Source: Histomonas meleagridis 2922-C6/04-290x (taxonomy: Eukaryota > Protista > Parabasalia). Taken from it: DNA of 20,430 bases. Shown here one piece after another: positions 18,201 to 20,430 of this stretch. Positions within the stretch are counted from its first letter, which is position 1, and the number at the start of each line of letters is the position of its first letter. Under the pieces are notes generated by a model that was not told the DNA's origin, made no database searches, and saw only the letters and a program-made list of their open reading frames with translations. A program made the position numbers and the translations under genes. Location of the stretch: positions 1 to 20,430 of the forward strand of contig JAANOX010000208.1 in the NCBI GenBank assembly GCA_020184695.1, read 5' to 3'.

Positions 18201-19781
18201 AAATTAGGAAAATTTATAGAAAATGAAGTGATCAAAAAATATTACGAATTATTTATGAGTTATCAAGGTGATTATTTATATGATAATTGTTTGTATCAAA
18301 ATGAAATATTGGAATTACAAGAAAAAGAAAAGAAAATATTGGAAATAAGAGAAAGTTATCAACCCGATATAAATAAATTAAAAGATGAAGAAAATAGATT
18401 AAACTTGGAACAAAGAAAAAGAAGACAAGAAGGAAAAAGATATCGAAATTATAGACAACTTCGTTGTGATCTTGAACGATTTGAAGGGGATAGTGAACGG
18501 ATGAAACATTTGTTGGATGAAAACAAACAAAACCTGGAAGAGGTTCGAGCAAAGCTCTTCGAGTATACAATAAAGACATTCGAAACTTCAATTAGGAATC
18601 AGTTCCCATTAACTGAAGAATACTTAAATGAGTTCATCACATACTCTATAAAACGTATCGAAAAGTCATTGATCGAGCCTGGTACAACTGTTGGCGCTAT
18701 AGCTGCTCAATCTATTGGTGAACCCGCCACACAAATGACATTGAAGTCATTCCACTTCGCTGGAGTTGCATCAATGAACGTAACTTTGGGTGTTCCACGT
18801 ATTCAAGAAATAATGAATGCTGTGAAGAACATTAAGACTCCTTGTATTGAAGCATATTTGATTAATGACCATGATGAAATAGCTGCTCAAGTCATACGTG
18901 GCAACATTGACCGTATCCTACTCGGGCAAATCACGAAATTGATCCAGGAAGTTGAATGTGACTCTGGTTGTTACATCAACATTATCTTGGACATGAAAAC
19001 GATCACTGACTCAAAATTGAATATAACCCCCGAGACGGTTATCCGGTCAATTTTGAAGTCGAAGAAGTTAGGCATCAAAGAAGAGAACATTACAAAAAGT
19101 GGCATCGATAGTTTACAAATCAGTTTTGGCAACATATCGTCAAATTCTTTACAATTTTTATTACAACAATTAATGTTGAAATTACCATTAATACCTGTAA
19201 GTGGGTTAGATGGTATTAAAAGAGTTATTATATCAAAATCAGATGACTTGAAGTATAAGTTATATATTGAAAGTAATTCATTTTTGGACGTTTTGACTAC
19301 AAACGGTGTAAACTATAAGAAAACAATCTCAAATCACATTCTGGACGTTGAAAAAGTTCTGGGAATTGAAGCAGCGAGAACGGTTATTTTGAATGAAATT
19401 AAGGCGGTATACAATAATTACGGTTTGAGTATTGATTTGCACCATTTGTTACTGTTGGCCGATATAATGACGTTAAAAGGTAAAATTAACGGTATTAACC
19501 GTCACGGTTTGGCGAAAACTTCATCGTCGTCATTGAAATTGGCATCGTTCGAAGTAACAATGGAACATTTATATAACGCGGGATTCCATCAAGTAGATGA
19601 TAATACTAATGGTGCAACCGCTTCAACAATTTTGGGAAGCTTCGCTAAGTTGGGAAGTGGTATGATGGATGTGATGATCGCAAAGGATTTGATTCAGAAA
19701 CCGGTTTTGGGTGTGGGAGAACTATTGACACCACAGCCGCCAAGTGAATATAGAGGAAAAATAGAAAAAGGTGAATTTTGA
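15291..19781 (+). CDS. POLR3A: DNA-directed RNA polymerase III largest subunit (RPC1/POLR3A)
   Basis: Zn motifs CQTC...CPGHFG and CKTC...CPHC; RGKKGRFR-like [26 protein letters not shown]; catalytic NADFDGD at 16797-16817; [11 protein letters not shown]; Pol III-type [37 protein letters not shown]; no CTD heptads. Confidence 0.95.
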   Translation: [1496 protein letters not shown]

Positions 19782-20265
19782 ATAAGTAAAAAATATTTTA
19801 TTTTTATATTTTATTGTCATTCAAAAATTTAATCTATCGGCATTTTACAACAGGTGGTAAATAACGTTTTCCTTGTGATCGTTTTGCCAAAATTTGTGAG
19901 AATTTCAATTTGATTTGTCGTTTTGGGTATTAATGGCAACCGTTTAATCGACTTTTTGTATAGCTCATTCACCAAAATTGACGTTTTTGCTTAAGGTCCA
20001 CCGTTTATTTCCACATTTCGAATCCAATCTGACATTTTGGACTTAAGGCTGAGAAGTGATATTATGCAATTACATCAAAAATTCCTCGAAAATTTAAATT
20101 TGGCTGAAGTTCTGATTCTGATATTTTAATGTCCATATCTAACAGATTAGCAGTGATATTATGCAGTTAAATAAAAGACACAACTTATCTCATGAGAAAA
20201 ATACTATTCAAATTGTAAATTTAAGTTTTACCGATTTTTTACTCATTTAAGCAAATGTTTTTATG

Positions 20266-20430
20266 TTAAATATGATTAATGAATTTTTCTTCTTTAAAAT
20301 CATCAGCAAATGGATCTTCATCAATATTATTCGTTGATGTTCCCATTGCAAATGTATTTTCTTTTTCATTTTGATTTTCTTCGAAAACTTTTTTTGCTTT
20401 TTGTTCATTACTTATTTGTTTCTTATTATT
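20266..20430 (-). CDS. 3' end of a gene entering from the right edge; acidic tail typical of trichomonad single-pass surface proteins
   Basis: Open frame from 20430: NNKKQISNEQKAKKVFEENQNEKENTFAMGTSTNNIDEDPFADDFKEEKFINHI*, TAA 20266-20268. Confidence 0.7.
   Translation of the reverse strand, partial: NNKKQISNEQKAKKVFEENQNEKENTFAMGTSTNNIDEDPFADDFKEEKFINHI

Noticed and set aside
589-18591. Short overlapping or antisense ORFs in the track (589-810, 1096-1338, 2963-3148, 5346-5534, 6782-7066, 6799-7167, 7496-7732, 7856-8044, 11908-12150, 15421-15618, 15932-16117, 16991-17173, 17480-17668, 18253-18591)
   Set aside because: They are shadows of well-supported genes in other frames or on the other strand, with no recognisable motifs.
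20055-20165. 14-bp direct repeat AGTGATATTATGCA (20055-20068 and 20152-20165) and a nearby stop-interrupted frame MSDWIRNVEINGGP*
   Set aside because: Only two copies with no element structure or recognisable protein family; insufficient support.
1-20430. tRNA, rRNA or snRNA genes
   Set aside because: No cloverleaf, A/B box pair or rRNA-like conserved segment was recognisable by eye; a covariance-model search would be needed to exclude small ncRNAs.

Overview
AT-rich, gene-dense eukaryotic DNA with no canonical introns that I could see. It is most consistent with a parabasalid (trichomonad-type) protist, inferred from a BspA-type LRR gene, a DUF3447-type ankyrin gene, a bacterial-type RpiB, trichomonad-like promoter motifs and a 4.5-kb intronless RPC1. 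Intact genes are a USP deubiquitinase, RPL37, an atypical Ras, a DZIP1/Iguana-like protein, RpiB, ERCC1 and the RNA polymerase III largest subunit. There is also a partial double-HTH (Tc1/mariner/IS630-like) ORF at the left edge and several decayed surface-protein fragments. The standout is the ankyrin gene on the minus strand (12137-9653). Its ankyrin cores (four of exactly 90 nt plus a terminal one) are separated by four spacers of exactly 40, 140, 600 and 220 nt, all whole multiples of a 20-nt unit kept in register without indels. Each unit is a ~17-nt AT-rich linker (mostly RT...TT, never ...AG) plus one variable triplet. Read alone, the 50 triplets contain no stop codon, show codon-like base bias, and spell the missing ankyrin beta-hairpin loops (RD-DNSNGNV-TPL, KY-IKIIKNKKGEY-TPL, ...GYKEEL-TVLH). 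This suggests single-codon micro-exons separated by non-canonical 17-nt micro-introns, or an equivalent skipping mechanism. The pattern is seen directly in the sequence; the mechanism is inference and needs transcript or peptide data.
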